Shown here in pieces: positions 37,664-47,125 of a stretch of DNA of 64,000 nt; within the stretch, counting starts at the first letter, position 1, and every line of letters starts with the position of its first letter. The position numbers and the translations under genes are program-made. The notes under the pieces were generated by a model, which was given only the letters and a program-made list of their open reading frames with translations, did not search any database and was not told the origin of the DNA. Source of the DNA: an uncultured bacterium (GTDB lineage: Bacteria > Desulfobacterota > BSN033 > UBA1163); NCBI GenBank assembly GCA_938045955.1, contig CALIBK010000105.1:5187-69186 (forward strand). Reading direction: 5' to 3'.

Positions 37664-39596
37664 ATTGAGGCACCTCCATCACTCGAAGGTCTGTTTTGAT
37701 ATGGACCACCCGTCCATCCTCATAGGTGATGGTCGTGTCCATATGGATATTCTGGGTATCTGAATAGAGTCCGTTTACGATATCCTTATAGCGATTTTCC
37801 ACAAAGGCCCTTCGGAGTTTTCGAGTTCGGGTTAATTCATCATCATCGGCATCAAATTCTTTATAGAGATTCACGAACTTGCGAATTCGAGCGGCTGGGG
37901 GTAAATCCCGGTTCATTTTAACGATCTCTTTTTTAACCAATTCATAAACCTCAGGCTTCTGAGAAAGCTCTGGATAACTGGTATAAGGAATATTGCGATC
38001 TTCAGCCCACTTCCCCACCACCCCATAATCGATACAGATTACCCCGGTTACGTAAGGACGGTTATCCCCGATGGCCCAAACATCCTTAATATAGGGGCTG
38101 AATTTCAATCGACTCTCCAGATACTGGGGGGCAAATTTGGTCCCATCACTCAGGGTCATCACATCCTTGGTTCGGTCAAAAACCACCAGATGACCGTCGG
38201 CGTCAATAAAACCGGTATCCCCGGAATGAAGCCATCCATCCCGAAGGGTTTTTGCTGTTTCTTCTGGCATCTTATAGTACCCCTGAAAGACCGACGGACT
38301 CTTTGAAATAATCTCTCCATCCGGAGTGATCTTCACCTCTGTTTCAGGGATGGGACGTCCTACCGTATCGAATTTGATATCATCATCCCGGTGAAGCACG
38401 GAGATACCGGCGATCTCTGTCTGACCATAGATCTGTTTAAGATTGACCCCCAAGGCATGGAAGAATCGGAAATGGTCGGGCCCCATTGCAGCTCCACCGG
38501 TATAGGTATAGCGAATTCTCGAGAGTCCCAAGTGATCCTTCAATTTTTTATGCACCCCTAAATAGGCAAGATAGTGTAAAACCTTCCAGTACCAGGGGAT
38601 AGGGGTTTTGGAGAACTTTAACTCTGCCACGTGGTATCCAATCTTCATCGCCAGCTCATAGGCCTTCCGTTTTGTCCAGGTAGAATCGAGGTATTTGACC
38701 TGGACATTTCGAACCATCTGTTCATAGATTCGTGGAGGAGCAAACATCACATGAGGACCGATTTCACGAATATTTTCCTGGGCGGTCTCGGGTTCTTCTG
38801 GAAAGTTAAGGGTAAAGCCTGCCTGAATCCCACAGGAGATGGACATCATCTGCTCACCGATCCAGGCAAAAGGAAGATAGGAAACAAAATCGTCAGTTTC
38901 AAAGTAAGGATCGACCCGCATCAGGTTTCTTCCCATGGTTAACATATTGTAATGGGTAAGAAGCGCTCCTTTTGGAAGGGCTGTCGTTCCTGAGGTATAG
39001 AAGAGGAGACAGATTTCATCTCCTTTACCTTTAGAGATCATGTCTTCAAAGAGGCCGGGCTCTTTTTTATCCACCTCTTCTCCAATTTTCATCACTTCCT
39101 TGATACTGATAAGAATGGGATCGTCATAAGCTCTCATTCCCTTTGGGTCATCCCAGAGCATCTTCTTGAGCTTTGGACATTTATCCTTAATCATCAGACA
39201 TTTATCAACCTCTTCCTGTCCTTCTCCAACCATGAGCTTTGCATCTGAATGGTCAATGATATATTGAACCTCATCAATGAGGGAGTCCTGGAATAACCAG
39301 ACTCCCACAGCCCCCACACACATGGCAGCCATTTCGCACCAGAGGGCTTCTGGGCGATTATCTCCAATCATGGCGACCTTGTCTTCACGCTCCAATCCCA
39401 GAGCCACCATCCCAAGGGCAATCTTCTTGACATTTTCATAATACTGTTTCCAGGTAATGGGAATCCAGATTCCAAATTCCTTCTCTCTCATGGCGACCTT
39501 TTTATCCCAGTACTTCTTGGCCATCTGAAGCCAGAGTTTCGGGATGGTTAAATCTTTGGTAATCTCGATCTCTTTCCAGTTAGCGCCTTGTGACAT
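37662..39596 (-). CDS. AMP-forming acyl-CoA synthetase (long-chain-fatty-acid--CoA ligase family) embedded in ABC transporter operon
   Basis: ATG at 39596 (track starts at an upstream TTG) with GGAGGA RBS. AMP-binding motifs YTSGTTALPKGALLTH, GYGQTE-like YGQTEIAG, and a C-terminal domain. Overlaps the livG-like gene by 17 nt. Confidence 0.8.
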   Translation of the reverse strand: MSQGANWKEIEITKDLTIPKLWLQMAKKYWDKKVAMREKEFGIWIPITWKQYYENVKKIALGMVALGLEREDKVAMIGDNRPEALWCEMAAMCVGAVGVWLFQDSLIDEVQYIIDHSDAKLMVGEGQEEVDKCLMIKDKCPKLKKMLWDDPKGMRAYDDPILISIKEVMKIGEEVDKKEPGLFEDMISKGKGDEICLLFYTSGTTALPKGALLTHYNMLTMGRNLMRVDPYFETDDFVSYLPFAWIGEQMMSISCGIQAGFTLNFPEEPETAQENIREIGPHVMFAPPRIYEQMVRNVQVKYLDSTWTKRKAYELAMKIGYHVAELKFSKTPIPWYWKVLHYLAYLGVHKKLKDHLGLSRIRYTYTGGAAMGPDHFRFFHALGVNLKQIYGQTEIAGISVLHRDDDIKFDTVGRPIPETEVKITPDGEIISKSPSVFQGYYKMPEETAKTLRDGWLHSGDTGFIDADGHLVVFDRTKDVMTLSDGTKFAPQYLESRLKFSPYIKDVWAIGDNRPYVTGVICIDYGVVGKWAEDRNIPYTSYPELSQKPEVYELVKKEIVKMNRDLPPAARIRKFVNLYKEFDADDDELTRTRKLRRAFVENRYKDIVNGLYSDTQNIHMDTTITYEDGRVVHIKTDLRVMEVPQ

Positions 39597-40389
39597 AGAT
39601 TTCCTCCGCTTCTCCAAGATAGGCTTTAATTACGTGAGGATTGTTTTGAACCTCTGGGGGAGTCCCTTCGGCAATCTTTTCCCCGAAATTCAGTGCCATC
39701 ACCCGATGGGAGATATCCATCACGACTCCCATATCGTGCTCGACTAACACACAGGTCGTTTGCCATCGTTCCTCTTCATTGATATCCAGGATGAATCGGG
39801 CCATATCCTCCACTTCTTCCAAATTCAGTCCCGCGAGAGGTTCGTCAAGAAGAATAATCTTAGGGTTAAGAGCCAGGGCCCTTGCCAATTCAACACGCTT
39901 TTGAAGCCCATAGGGGAGCATCCCGACGATCTTATCCCGGATATGTTCGATTTCAAGGAGGTCGATAATCTCCCTTTCGATAAAGTCTCGATGCTCTACT
40001 TCCTCCCGTGCAGTCTTTCCAAAATAGATGGCTCCACTGAGAAGGCCGGATTTGAGATGGATGTGGCGACCGAGTCGGATATTGTCGAGAACGGTTGCTC
40101 CTTTAAAGAGCTCGATCTTCTGAAAGGTTCGTGAGATTCCTAACTGGGCCCTTTGATAGGGTTTCAATTTGGTAATCTCTTTACCTTCGAAAAAGATCCT
40201 CCCTTTCTGAGGATGATAAAGGCCATTGATACAGTTTAGCATGACGGTCTTTCCCGCTCCATTTGGACCTATGATAGAAAAGATTTCGCCTTTTTTGACT
40301 TCAAAACTGACTCCCATCAGGGCTTGAACCCCTCCAAAGGCCATATGGATATTTTCGACCTTCAATTGGATCTCATCAGTAAGCACCAT
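39580..40389 (-). CDS. branched-chain-amino-acid-type ABC transporter ATP-binding protein (LivG-like)
   Basis: Walker A GPNGAGKT, signature LPYGLQKRVELARAL, Walker B ILLDEP; RBS AAGGAG. Confidence 0.85.
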   Translation of the reverse strand: MVLTDEIQLKVENIHMAFGGVQALMGVSFEVKKGEIFSIIGPNGAGKTVMLNCINGLYHPQKGRIFFEGKEITKLKPYQRAQLGISRTFQKIELFKGATVLDNIRLGRHIHLKSGLLSGAIYFGKTAREEVEHRDFIEREIIDLLEIEHIRDKIVGMLPYGLQKRVELARALALNPKIILLDEPLAGLNLEEVEDMARFILDINEEERWQTTCVLVEHDMGVVMDISHRVMALNFGEKIAEGTPPEVQNNPHVIKAYLGEAEEIYVTRR

Positions 40390-40540
40390 CCAGAGACTCC
40401 TTTCTCAAGAAGGGTATAATGAAAAATGAATTTTTTATTTCCTACATCTTACAGAGTCTAAAATTTTTTTTGAATCATAAGGAGGGAGAATGAGCTAAAA
40501 TCCATTCATCATTGAAAACTGTTATTCTCTTACCAGAACC

Positions 40541-40565
40541 AATTTTTTTTGTCAAGAAAAAAATT
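40541..40565 (-). promoter_or_regulatory. A/T inverted repeat containing TTGACA (minus strand) upstream of the liv-like/ligase transporter operon; shares a 15-nt core with the TAXI-TRAP upstream region
   Basis: AATTTTTTT-TGTCAAG-AAAAAAATT; core TTTGTCAAGAAAAAA (40548-40562) is repeated exactly at 48711-48725 upstream of the TAXI operon. Minus-strand reading gives TTTTTTCTTGACAAA (-35-like box with upstream T-tract). Confidence 0.3.
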
Positions 40566-40649
40566 GCCAGTTTACGTAAAATGTGAAAAAATTCTCTTAT
40601 AATTTGAATTTAAAGTGATTTTGATAAATTATAAACGAGGATAAGGAAT

Positions 40650-41477
40650 TTAAATATCGAAGAGAATCCTTTGGGCATTCCTGTATAGGATGGCCTCAAT
40701 CGCCTTCTCGCTCAGGGGAAGATCCTTGATGGCTTCGATGTTGGCTCGAATGCTTGTGGGCATGGTGGGCCAGTCTGACCCAAATACTACCTTTTCGGAA
40801 TTCTTTTCAAGCTCCGGAAAGTATCGAAGAAGGTTTTGCGGAGGAAGACCGGTGATGTCCATGTAGAGGTTTCTATGAAGGCGGGAGAGTGAAAAGCAGT
40901 CTTCATACCAGAACCCTCTCCCACTGTGAGCCATAATCATCTTTAAATCAGGGAAGTCTACCGCTACATCATCCAGATAGATGGGATCACAATACTTCAG
41001 CCTCGTACCTTTGAAGATAGAGGTTCCAATGTGAAAGACGATGGGGATTCTTAATTCCTGGGCTTTCTGATAAAGGGGATAGAGTCTTGCCTCATTGGGG
41101 TAGAAAAATTGATAGGAGGGGTGAAGCTTCAGTCCTTTTACCCCTCCTATCTTTACATATTCCTCAAGCCGCTGTGCGATATCTTCATGGACGTTTGGAT
41201 TGATCGAAGCAAAAGGAATGAGGGTCTCATGGCCTCGACAATAATCGATCACCTCTTCCGTCGGGACATATCCACTGGTCGCAGGGGCACACTCGGGAAG
41301 AACCACAGCATACCTGACCCCCTCTGTTTTTAAATGGGCAACTACGAGTTCAGGGTGCTCACTGAATTCATCCATCTTAGAAAAGAATTCAGGGTTAATC
41401 GATTCTAAATAGTTTAACCAGGTGGGATTAAGCAATTCCTTCTTGACATAATGGATATGGAAATCGATCACATCCAT
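40650..41477 (-). CDS. amidohydrolase-2 family metal-dependent hydrolase/decarboxylase (ACMSD/LigW-like TIM barrel)
   Basis: 275 aa; N-terminal metal-binding VIDFHIHY, later HSGRGFWYED and FGSDWP motifs typical of amidohydrolase_2; RBS AAGGAG. Confidence 0.65.
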   Translation of the reverse strand: MDVIDFHIHYVKKELLNPTWLNYLESINPEFFSKMDEFSEHPELVVAHLKTEGVRYAVVLPECAPATSGYVPTEEVIDYCRGHETLIPFASINPNVHEDIAQRLEEYVKIGGVKGLKLHPSYQFFYPNEARLYPLYQKAQELRIPIVFHIGTSIFKGTRLKYCDPIYLDDVAVDFPDLKMIMAHSGRGFWYEDCFSLSRLHRNLYMDITGLPPQNLLRYFPELEKNSEKVVFGSDWPTMPTSIRANIEAIKDLPLSEKAIEAILYRNAQRILFDI

Positions 41478-41487
41478 TTAGCGCTCC

Positions 41488-41760
41488 TTATCCTCCGGCA
41501 AGCATTAAGACCAGATGAATTTCGTCACCGTCTTTCACGGGTTTGAGGAGTTCATCCGGGTAGGCACTCGCATGATTGAGGTAGACCTCCACATGATTGA
41601 GGAGTTTCCCCTTTTTCGCAAACAGGGCTTTTTCCATGGCGGGGTATTGGTGGATGAGATGCTCCAGACATTCACCCACCGTTTGCCCTTCCACTTCCAC
41701 CACTTCCGCTCCATTTGTAAATTGCCGATGTGTGGTATGAATATGAACTTTCACGCCCAT
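41488..41760 (-). CDS. MoaD/ThiS-family ubiquitin-like sulfur-carrier protein (C-terminal Gly-Gly)
   Basis: 90 aa ending ...HLVLMLAGG; beta-grasp-like size; directly downstream of the ThiF/MoeB-like gene (4-nt gap). Confidence 0.6.
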   Translation of the reverse strand: MGVKVHIHTTHRQFTNGAEVVEVEGQTVGECLEHLIHQYPAMEKALFAKKGKLLNHVEVYLNHASAYPDELLKPVKDGDEIHLVLMLAGG

Positions 41761-41763
41761 CCT

Positions 41764-42507
41764 TTACTCCTTCGATGGGATAGATCCACAATGATCACAA
41801 TCTGGGTTTCGCTCCACAGCAAATTCATTGAATGTAAGTTCTAATCCGTCATAGAGAAGGAACCGATTGGTCAGCAGTGTCCCAATGCCCAGTAAATATT
41901 TAATGGCTTCTGTGGCCTGGATGCAACCGATTACCGCAGGAACCACTCCAATGACTGGAAATTTCTCCGGAGGAAGGGTCCCCCGATAGAGACATCTCAG
42001 ACAAGCCGATTTTCCGGGAAGAACGGTCATCACCCTTCCTTCAAACCCATATACCGCCCCATGAATGAATGGGATTCCCTTTTCTATCGAACATCGATTG
42101 AGCACATATCGAGTGGGGAGATTATCCATCGCATCGAGGATGGCATCACACCCTTCAAAAAGAGCCGAGGCATTGGTTTCGTTAATAGTTTCTGCAATGG
42201 CTTCGATTTGAATGGTGGAGTTCAATTTTTCTAACTTCCATTTTGCGGAGTCTACTTTTTTTCGACCGATATCTTCTTCCCAATGTAAAATTTGCCGATT
42301 AAGATTACTCAGGGTAACCTCATCATGATCAATGATCCGTAGTTTTCCAATCCCGGCAGCCGTAAGATAAAAAGCAATGGGAGAACCCAACCCCCCTGCA
42401 CCTGCAATGGCCAGGCACGAACGCTTGAGTTTCTCCTGTCCCTCTGTTCCAATCTCCCCGATCATGATCTGACGGTCATATCTTTCTCGTTCTCCACGTG
42501 TAAGCAT
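41764..42507 (-). CDS. ThiF/MoeB/HesA-family E1-like adenylyltransferase
   Basis: 247 aa; RYDRQIMIGEIG...LAIAGAGGLGSPIAFYLTAAGIGKLRIIDHDEVTLSNLNRQILH nucleotide-binding block; CxxC...CxxC zinc motif (CLRC...CDHC). Confidence 0.8.
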   Translation of the reverse strand: MLTRGERERYDRQIMIGEIGTEGQEKLKRSCLAIAGAGGLGSPIAFYLTAAGIGKLRIIDHDEVTLSNLNRQILHWEEDIGRKKVDSAKWKLEKLNSTIQIEAIAETINETNASALFEGCDAILDAMDNLPTRYVLNRCSIEKGIPFIHGAVYGFEGRVMTVLPGKSACLRCLYRGTLPPEKFPVIGVVPAVIGCIQATEAIKYLLGIGTLLTNRFLLYDGLELTFNEFAVERNPDCDHCGSIPSKE

Positions 42508-42545
42508 CCTTCTCGCTCTTCCTCTCTATCCTAAAATTTTTTGAC

Positions 42546-43028
42546 TCATCTGCCTGGCCTCAAAAAATCGGCTATCCGTTTGGCGGCCTCTCGTTTTCTT
42601 TCTACATTTATAAGGTCTGCGTCTATGTAGCTCACAGCCTTTGGATTACAAAAAAGAACACACTGGGGATTGCCATCACAATAGTCACATTTACAGGTGA
42701 CCCGGTCGATAGGATCAAAGAAGGGGTGCCCGAAAGGACAGGCCATGATGCAAGTTTTGCATCCGATACATTTCTTGGGATCGATGACGACCCTTCGGTT
42801 TTCAAGATCTTTGTGACAGGCCTTGGTAGGACAGACCTCCGTGCAAATAGGTGTTTCACAGTGCTGGCAAACCATGGGGAGATAGAGTCCAACCTCTTCC
42901 CATTTAAGGATACGAATCCTTGAGCGGGTGGGATTGCTCACCCCGCTGTGGAAGACCGAACAAACCATCTCACAGTTTCGACATCCTGTGCATTTTTCAG
43001 GATCTACAAAAAGCACTTTTCCATGCAT
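42546..43028 (-). CDS. 4Fe-4S multi-cluster ferredoxin (DmsB/PsrB/HybA-type electron-transfer subunit, no Tat signal)
   Basis: 160 aa with four Cys clusters (CTGCRNCEMVC, CQHCETPICTEVCP, CIGCKTCIMACP, CKCDYCDGNPQCVLFC). Confidence 0.75.
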   Translation of the reverse strand: MHGKVLFVDPEKCTGCRNCEMVCSVFHSGVSNPTRSRIRILKWEEVGLYLPMVCQHCETPICTEVCPTKACHKDLENRRVVIDPKKCIGCKTCIMACPFGHPFFDPIDRVTCKCDYCDGNPQCVLFCNPKAVSYIDADLINVERKREAAKRIADFLRPGR

Positions 43029-43091
43029 GGGTTTACTCCGGATCTTAAACTAAATCGGCCGTTCTCTTATAAAGCGAACCCCCAGAGCAGT

Positions 43092-44117
43092 CTATTTCTC
43101 TTTTAGACTTAGACGCCCCAAAAGATGTTGAGCCTCGATCCATCTCTCCATCGGAATCTGGTTCTTTACACCTGCCATGAGAATTCCGTAACGGAGGAGA
43201 AGTCCTCCAAGGAGAAGGGAGATCCCAGCAAACCAGACGAGAGCGGGATATTCAGGGAATCTGGAGAAAAAGGATTCCAGAATGAAAGGGAAGAGGAATC
43301 CCGAGAAGACGATCCCTAACCAGAAAAGAAGTTTCAGCTCCCCTTTTAAAAGAAGAGAGACGGAAAGTCCTCCCTGTGCCCCCTGATCATTTGTTTGATT
43401 CACCCGGTAAAGATAAAGGACCAGAACGATCCCTTCGATAATGATCAGAATCTGTTCGACTCCCATTAAAAATTTTATGAGTGAAGAAGAAAAGATTCCT
43501 TGAAGAAGGGTTCTTCCCATCCCAAGGATAAGCATCAATAGACTCATTGAACCGGTAGAAAGAGCGGAAATAAGGAAAAGCAATGGAAGGAGATAGGTGT
43601 TCCATAGAGCTACATGTTTTACCGATTTGAGGAGGATTCCTGTATAGAGGGCCGTCGCGAAAGCAAGGATCAAGGCAACCGTTTCCAGTCCCCTTATCCC
43701 ATCTGTTCCTATATAAGTTCTTAAGTCAGGGGAGAGGGAAAGGATCAGACTGATCAATCCAAATAGAATGAATGAGGAAAGGATGAGAAAACCCCTTGCG
43801 ACCCAGGAGGTTTTGGGATTTAAACAGGCGTAAAGAAATCTCCGTTTTATTCCGAGGTCGAGAATGAGGAAAGGGGCCCCGATTGCAACCAGAACAGGAC
43901 CCCAGAGAAGGGTGGCTTTGGCAATATCCAACTGGAGGGTGAACGGACGGATCTCCATAAGCTTCGTTGAGCCCGTAAACCAATGGATCAATGTCCCGAT
44001 GATGAATGAACCAGCTCCCATCCCTGCCAGGTAGAGATAAATTGCAATGATCCAGCCCCAGTGATGCTGAGGCTTTAGATGTCTTCCGATTCTTGAAGAA
44101 TTGAAAGACCCCGTCAT
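43092..44117 (-). CDS. NrfD/PsrC-family polytopic membrane protein (quinone-interacting anchor)
   Basis: Start set at MTGSF (ATG 44117, AAGGAG RBS); an upstream ATG at 44147 lacks an RBS. About 8-9 predicted TM helices, NrfD-like N-terminal WGWIIAIYLYLAGMGAGS. Confidence 0.65.
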   Translation of the reverse strand: MTGSFNSSRIGRHLKPQHHWGWIIAIYLYLAGMGAGSFIIGTLIHWFTGSTKLMEIRPFTLQLDIAKATLLWGPVLVAIGAPFLILDLGIKRRFLYACLNPKTSWVARGFLILSSFILFGLISLILSLSPDLRTYIGTDGIRGLETVALILAFATALYTGILLKSVKHVALWNTYLLPLLFLISALSTGSMSLLMLILGMGRTLLQGIFSSSLIKFLMGVEQILIIIEGIVLVLYLYRVNQTNDQGAQGGLSVSLLLKGELKLLFWLGIVFSGFLFPFILESFFSRFPEYPALVWFAGISLLLGGLLLRYGILMAGVKNQIPMERWIEAQHLLGRLSLKEK

Positions 44118-44291
44118 TTTTGATTCCACTCCTTTAGAGCTTCCCATTCAAGTTCTTCCCAATGAACAGGCAAATTATCTTTAAAATAATAGCATATCTC
44201 ATTATCTTGTCAAGATTAAATAACCTGTTAATTCCCAGTTAAACCTGATTTGACAATTCAATTGAAATCGGGTATTCTTAATTTGTTCAAT

Positions 44292-45071
44292 ATGATGAAC
44301 AGGCTTAAAAAGACCATCTATTCTGCTCCATCGGTGAAAAAGGCCTTCCGGATCCTAAAGGCCATAGCCGATTCTCCATCAAGACTTGGGGTAAGTGAGT
44401 TATCGAAACAGCTCAAGATAGGTAAAAGTACGGTCCATGGGATCACTATTGCGCTGGAGGAGTTGGGGGTCCTGGTAAGGGATCCCATCGATAAAAAATA
44501 CAGTATTGGATACCGGCTGATAGAACTCGGGAGAAAGGCTTATGGAAGAATCGAATTGAGAGAGATAGCAAGAATCCCTTTAGAAAGATTGGTTGAGGAG
44601 ATTGGGGAAACCGTATTTTTAGGAATCATGGATGGAGATCATATCCTGATTCTGGACGTGGTGGAGCCTCCCAGTGAAATGAAGATTACCTCTCCACCCG
44701 GCACAAGGCTTCCCCTTTTAGCAGGCGCCACAGGAAAGGCCTTTCTCAGTCTCCTTGAAGAAGAGAAGGCAAAAGATATTGTTCAAAAGATCGGGTTAAG
44801 AGGTTATACCCATAAGTCGATCACCGACCCCAAGCGGTATTTAAAGGAGGTTAAAGAGACGAAAGAGAGAGGCTATGCGATTGATGATGAGGAGTACTTG
44901 ATCGGTGTTCGAGCCATTGCGGCTCCTTTACCTATACCTTCCTCTCCTCTTTCAGCCATCTGGCTCGTTGGATTCTCCTCGCGACTGACTGACCAAAAGA
45001 TGGAGAAGGCCATAAAAGAGATCCTTAAGACCGTCCAAGAAATCATCCATTCCTTTGAGATCTACTCCTGA
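44292..45071 (+). CDS. IclR family transcriptional regulator
   Basis: HTH LGVSELSKQLKIGKSTVHGITIALEELGVL followed by an IclR effector-binding domain; the ORF opens with a TTG at 44250, and ATG ATG at 44292 is a plausible start. Start uncertain. Confidence 0.7.
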   Translation: MMNRLKKTIYSAPSVKKAFRILKAIADSPSRLGVSELSKQLKIGKSTVHGITIALEELGVLVRDPIDKKYSIGYRLIELGRKAYGRIELREIARIPLERLVEEIGETVFLGIMDGDHILILDVVEPPSEMKITSPPGTRLPLLAGATGKAFLSLLEEEKAKDIVQKIGLRGYTHKSITDPKRYLKEVKETKERGYAIDDEEYLIGVRAIAAPLPIPSSPLSAIWLVGFSSRLTDQKMEKAIKEILKTVQEIIHSFEIYS

Positions 45072-45103
45072 GGAGCTCCTAACGAACCTTTATGGCCTTC
45101 TCC

Positions 45104-45136
45104 CCTCACCGATTGAGGGATTATAAGTTTTTTAAG
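45104..45136 (+). terminator. candidate intrinsic terminator after iclR-family gene (convergent with TRAP permease gene)
   Basis: Stem CCCTCA/TGAGGG (45104-45109 / 45115-45120), loop CCGAT, followed within 8 nt by GTTTTTT. Confidence 0.3.
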
Positions 45137-47084
45137 TTTCCTTGGCTCTTCTTCCTATGAAAGGAATAGAAATCTTAACATATTTTTGACTTAATAATCC
45201 TAATCCAATTAAACCTAATCCAATTAGATCTGAAATTCCAGAGGGATGGAGGACTCCCAATCCCCCTGCGAAAAAAAGGACTCGTTCTAAGGGTGTAGTA
45301 GGTTTTAAAAAATGTCCCATGACAGATGCTTCAAGAGGGAACATAGCCAAAATAGCTAAGATGGCCATTCGAATCACATCTAATGGATGTCCCTTCATTA
45401 AAAAGACTGGATAGAAAACAAAAAAGAAGGGCATGATATAGCCTCCGATCCCTAATCGAATCGAAATCCAGGCGGTTCGTAGCCAATTGGAACCAGCAAT
45501 CGCAGCAGCCGTAAAGACCGCGATACATACCGGAGGGGTAAGACCTGATTTGATGGCAAACCAGAAAATAAAAAGATGGCCGGCAAGAGGAGGGAGCCCC
45601 AATCCTTCAAGGGCAGGGCCTAACACTGCGGCTGCAATCACATAAGCAGCGGTTGTCGTCATCCCCATCCCTAAGATGATGGCACAGATCATAGTGGCTA
45701 AGAGGGCAAGGAAGATATTGACTCCAGCAAGAGACATAATAATCTCGGAAATCTTTACACCAAAGCCCGTCAATGAGATCATGGTAACAGCCATCTGCAC
45801 ACAGCTCATCATAACCATAAGCCAGGCGAGTGCCGAAGTGATTCCTCTAAAATAGGCTTCCGATATAATTTTAATCCTCTCCCAGGCATTTTTGAGTGTT
45901 AAAGGGCCTCCAAGGAACATAAATAAGATCATGGCTGCTATCAATGACCAGGCGGCACAGATTTGCGGGGGGATGTACATAAGGAGAAGGATAATAAGTA
46001 TTCCGATTGGTATGAACACAATCACCAATTGCTTAGGAGCAAAGACTTCCCTAAACTTTGGGATGAGCTCACGAGGCAGTTTGCCTAACCCATACCTTTT
46101 TGCTTCCACATAGATTCCTGCCCATACACCCGCATAATAGACTAGGGCAGGAATCACAGCAGCAAGCATGACCTCAAGGTAGGGGATATTGAGAAATTCT
46201 GCCATTACAAAGGCGCCAGCCCCCATAATTGGAGGGGTAATCTGACCTCCGGAGGATGCCGAAGCCTCAATGGCTCCTGCAAACTCTGGTTTATAGCCCA
46301 CCTTTTTCATTGTAGGAATGGTGAAGGAACCCGTCGTTGCAACATTGGCTACCGAGGAACCCGATAGCATTCCGAAAAAGGCACTTGAGACCACAGCAAT
46401 CTGCCCTGCTCCTCCTGTAAAACGACCCCCTGTAAATTTAGCAATATCCATGAATCCTTTACCTACACCCACAGCAAATAGAACAGGACCGAAAATAACA
46501 AAAAGTGCGATGACTCGGCTGGTGAGATCGGTAAGTAATCCCCAAATCCCTTCGGTCATTAGGTAGAGTTGATAAAAAATTTCAGCATAGTGATACCCAG
46601 CATGACCAAAAAAGCCCGGAATATACTGTCCTGTGAGGGCATACACCAGAAAAAGGAGGACAAGAATTGGAATAGCTTTACCCAGTGCCCGTCTCGTTCC
46701 TTCAAGGAGAAGGATAATTAATATGATCCCTAAAACCAATTGATAATTTTCGTAGCGTCCAACTGCACGGGCTACCGCTTCCCATGAAATCATAATATAG
46801 ATGCAAGGGATTACAGAAAGGATCAGAAATAAGATATCCATCCAAGAGGGGGAGTCTTTGGTGCCATAGAGAAATCTATCTTTCCATGAGGTGGCTTTTT
46901 CTGGTAGATGTCTACTATTGATTGGATAGAGGAGAAAGACAAGGGCCAATCCAAAGGCCAGAGAGACTCCTCCTTGAAGAAGAGGGTGGAGGGCAATGGT
47001 AAGAGCCGTATAAAGTAGAAAGATTGACCAGCAACCGACCAGTATAGAAGCCAGTATTTTCCATCCTCTTGAAAGCTCCCTCAT
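45132..47084 (-). CDS. TRAP transporter fused permease (4TM/12TM fusion, TAXI type)
   Basis: 650 aa, about 16 TM helices; RBS AAGGAG; lies between a TAXI solute receptor gene and an IclR regulator gene. Confidence 0.8.
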   Translation of the reverse strand: MRELSRGWKILASILVGCWSIFLLYTALTIALHPLLQGGVSLAFGLALVFLLYPINSRHLPEKATSWKDRFLYGTKDSPSWMDILFLILSVIPCIYIMISWEAVARAVGRYENYQLVLGIILIILLLEGTRRALGKAIPILVLLFLVYALTGQYIPGFFGHAGYHYAEIFYQLYLMTEGIWGLLTDLTSRVIALFVIFGPVLFAVGVGKGFMDIAKFTGGRFTGGAGQIAVVSSAFFGMLSGSSVANVATTGSFTIPTMKKVGYKPEFAGAIEASASSGGQITPPIMGAGAFVMAEFLNIPYLEVMLAAVIPALVYYAGVWAGIYVEAKRYGLGKLPRELIPKFREVFAPKQLVIVFIPIGILIILLLMYIPPQICAAWSLIAAMILFMFLGGPLTLKNAWERIKIISEAYFRGITSALAWLMVMMSCVQMAVTMISLTGFGVKISEIIMSLAGVNIFLALLATMICAIILGMGMTTTAAYVIAAAVLGPALEGLGLPPLAGHLFIFWFAIKSGLTPPVCIAVFTAAAIAGSNWLRTAWISIRLGIGGYIMPFFFVFYPVFLMKGHPLDVIRMAILAILAMFPLEASVMGHFLKPTTPLERVLFFAGGLGVLHPSGISDLIGLGLIGLGLLSQKYVKISIPFIGRRAKET

Positions 47085-47125
47085 TTTTTTCTCCTTTCCT
47101 TTTCATGGCCCCTGTCTAAAATGAT

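Noticed and set aside
39597-39617. Alternative TTG/GTG-initiated N-terminal extensions shown in the ORF track for several genes (ligase at 39617, etfB 20655, nuoE-like 25516, hbd 28832, dctM 53981, 2Fe-2S subunit 51598, XDH large subunit 51097)
   Set aside because: In each case an internal ATG with a proper RBS reproduces the canonical family N-terminus; the longer forms were not adopted (exception: livF-like gene, where TTG at 34097 is the only start upstream of the conserved N-terminus).
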